Positions 63,502 through 64,000 of a DNA stretch of 64,000 bases are shown here, piece by piece. Source of the stretch: Octopus bimaculoides (lineage: Eukaryota); the NCBI RefSeq assembly GCF_001194135.2, contig NC_068998.1, positions 40,087,552 to 40,151,551 on the forward strand, in the 5' to 3' direction. The notes below the pieces were generated by a model. The model did no database searches, was not told the origin of the DNA, and saw only the letters and a program-made list of their open reading frames with translations. Position numbers and translations under genes: made by a program. Numbering within the stretch: position 1 is the stretch's first letter; each line of letters opens with the position of its first letter.

Positions 63502-63588
63502 ATATATAGTTGTTGTAGAATTGCCATTCTCATCTTGTGTAAACCAACATAGTCAAAAATTTGGAAGCAGCCTGTATATACATCTTGC
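63502..63588 (-). CDS. Candidate 87-nt symmetric coding exon of an unidentified gene (QDVYTGCFQIFDYVGLHKMRMAILQQLY)
   Basis: Acceptor tgttttcttcctacaacag, donor gtatgc, open frame, length 29x3. No homology recognised. Confidence 0.25.
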
Positions 63589-63739
63589 CTGTTGTAGGAA
63601 GAAAACAGCTAAATGTATGGCAAACATCATGTATGTTTTATGTTCAATTCCACTGCAAATATTCATAGGTGATAATTTAGATCCATACACCAAATTCAGT
63701 GTTCAATTAACTCTTTGGAATAAATGCCAAATTATATGG

Positions 63740-63880
63740 AAAAGATATCTGAAATAGACTTAAAGTTTCAAATAACGAACCTGTCTTGTCAGGTGTCTAG
63801 AGATGCTTGATGGTAGAAGGTCATTCCACAAGGCTGTGAAACTTCAAGTTGCACAGAGCTCAGTTAAACTGTTATTAAAT
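63740..63880 (-). mobile_element. Possible highly degraded LINE C-terminus
   Basis: SFTALWNDLLPSS resembles the LWNxLP terminal motif of CR1/L2/Jockey ORF2. Confidence 0.3.
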
Positions 63881-64000
63881 AATACATGTAACTCCTACAA
63901 AATGTGTTGACTGCCTCTTTCTTTCCTTTGTCCACTCACTTATATATGATATAGATATATATATATATATCATATATGATATATATATATATATATATAT

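Overview
AT-rich, microsatellite-dense eukaryotic non-coding DNA with 10 assembly gaps. The repeat families (tRNA-SINEs, RTE and Tx1 LINEs, TTAA MITEs) suggest an octopus scaffold; this is my inference, not a database result. No host gene could be established, and nearly all supplied ORFs are microsatellite, gap or repeat artefacts. The window is a layered transposon fossil record. It holds a degenerate Helitron RepHel (1-~3560, minus) with nested SINEs, two RTE fragments, a mariner with an internal inverted duplication, a Penelope GIY-YIG fragment, CR1/L2-type and Tx1 LINE 3' ends, a LINE tail with C2H2 fingers, an internally deleted Tigger, two TTAA MITE families and a 681-bp MITE with a central telomeric hairpin. 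The most notable signal is four hammerhead-ribozyme-like motifs (33.1, 45.7, 47.2, 50.1 kb), each with a palindromic or near-palindromic stem III; three abut (TA)n and two have a 54-nt stem II insert. Several foldback structures could form dsRNA if transcribed. Many element boundaries are approximate.
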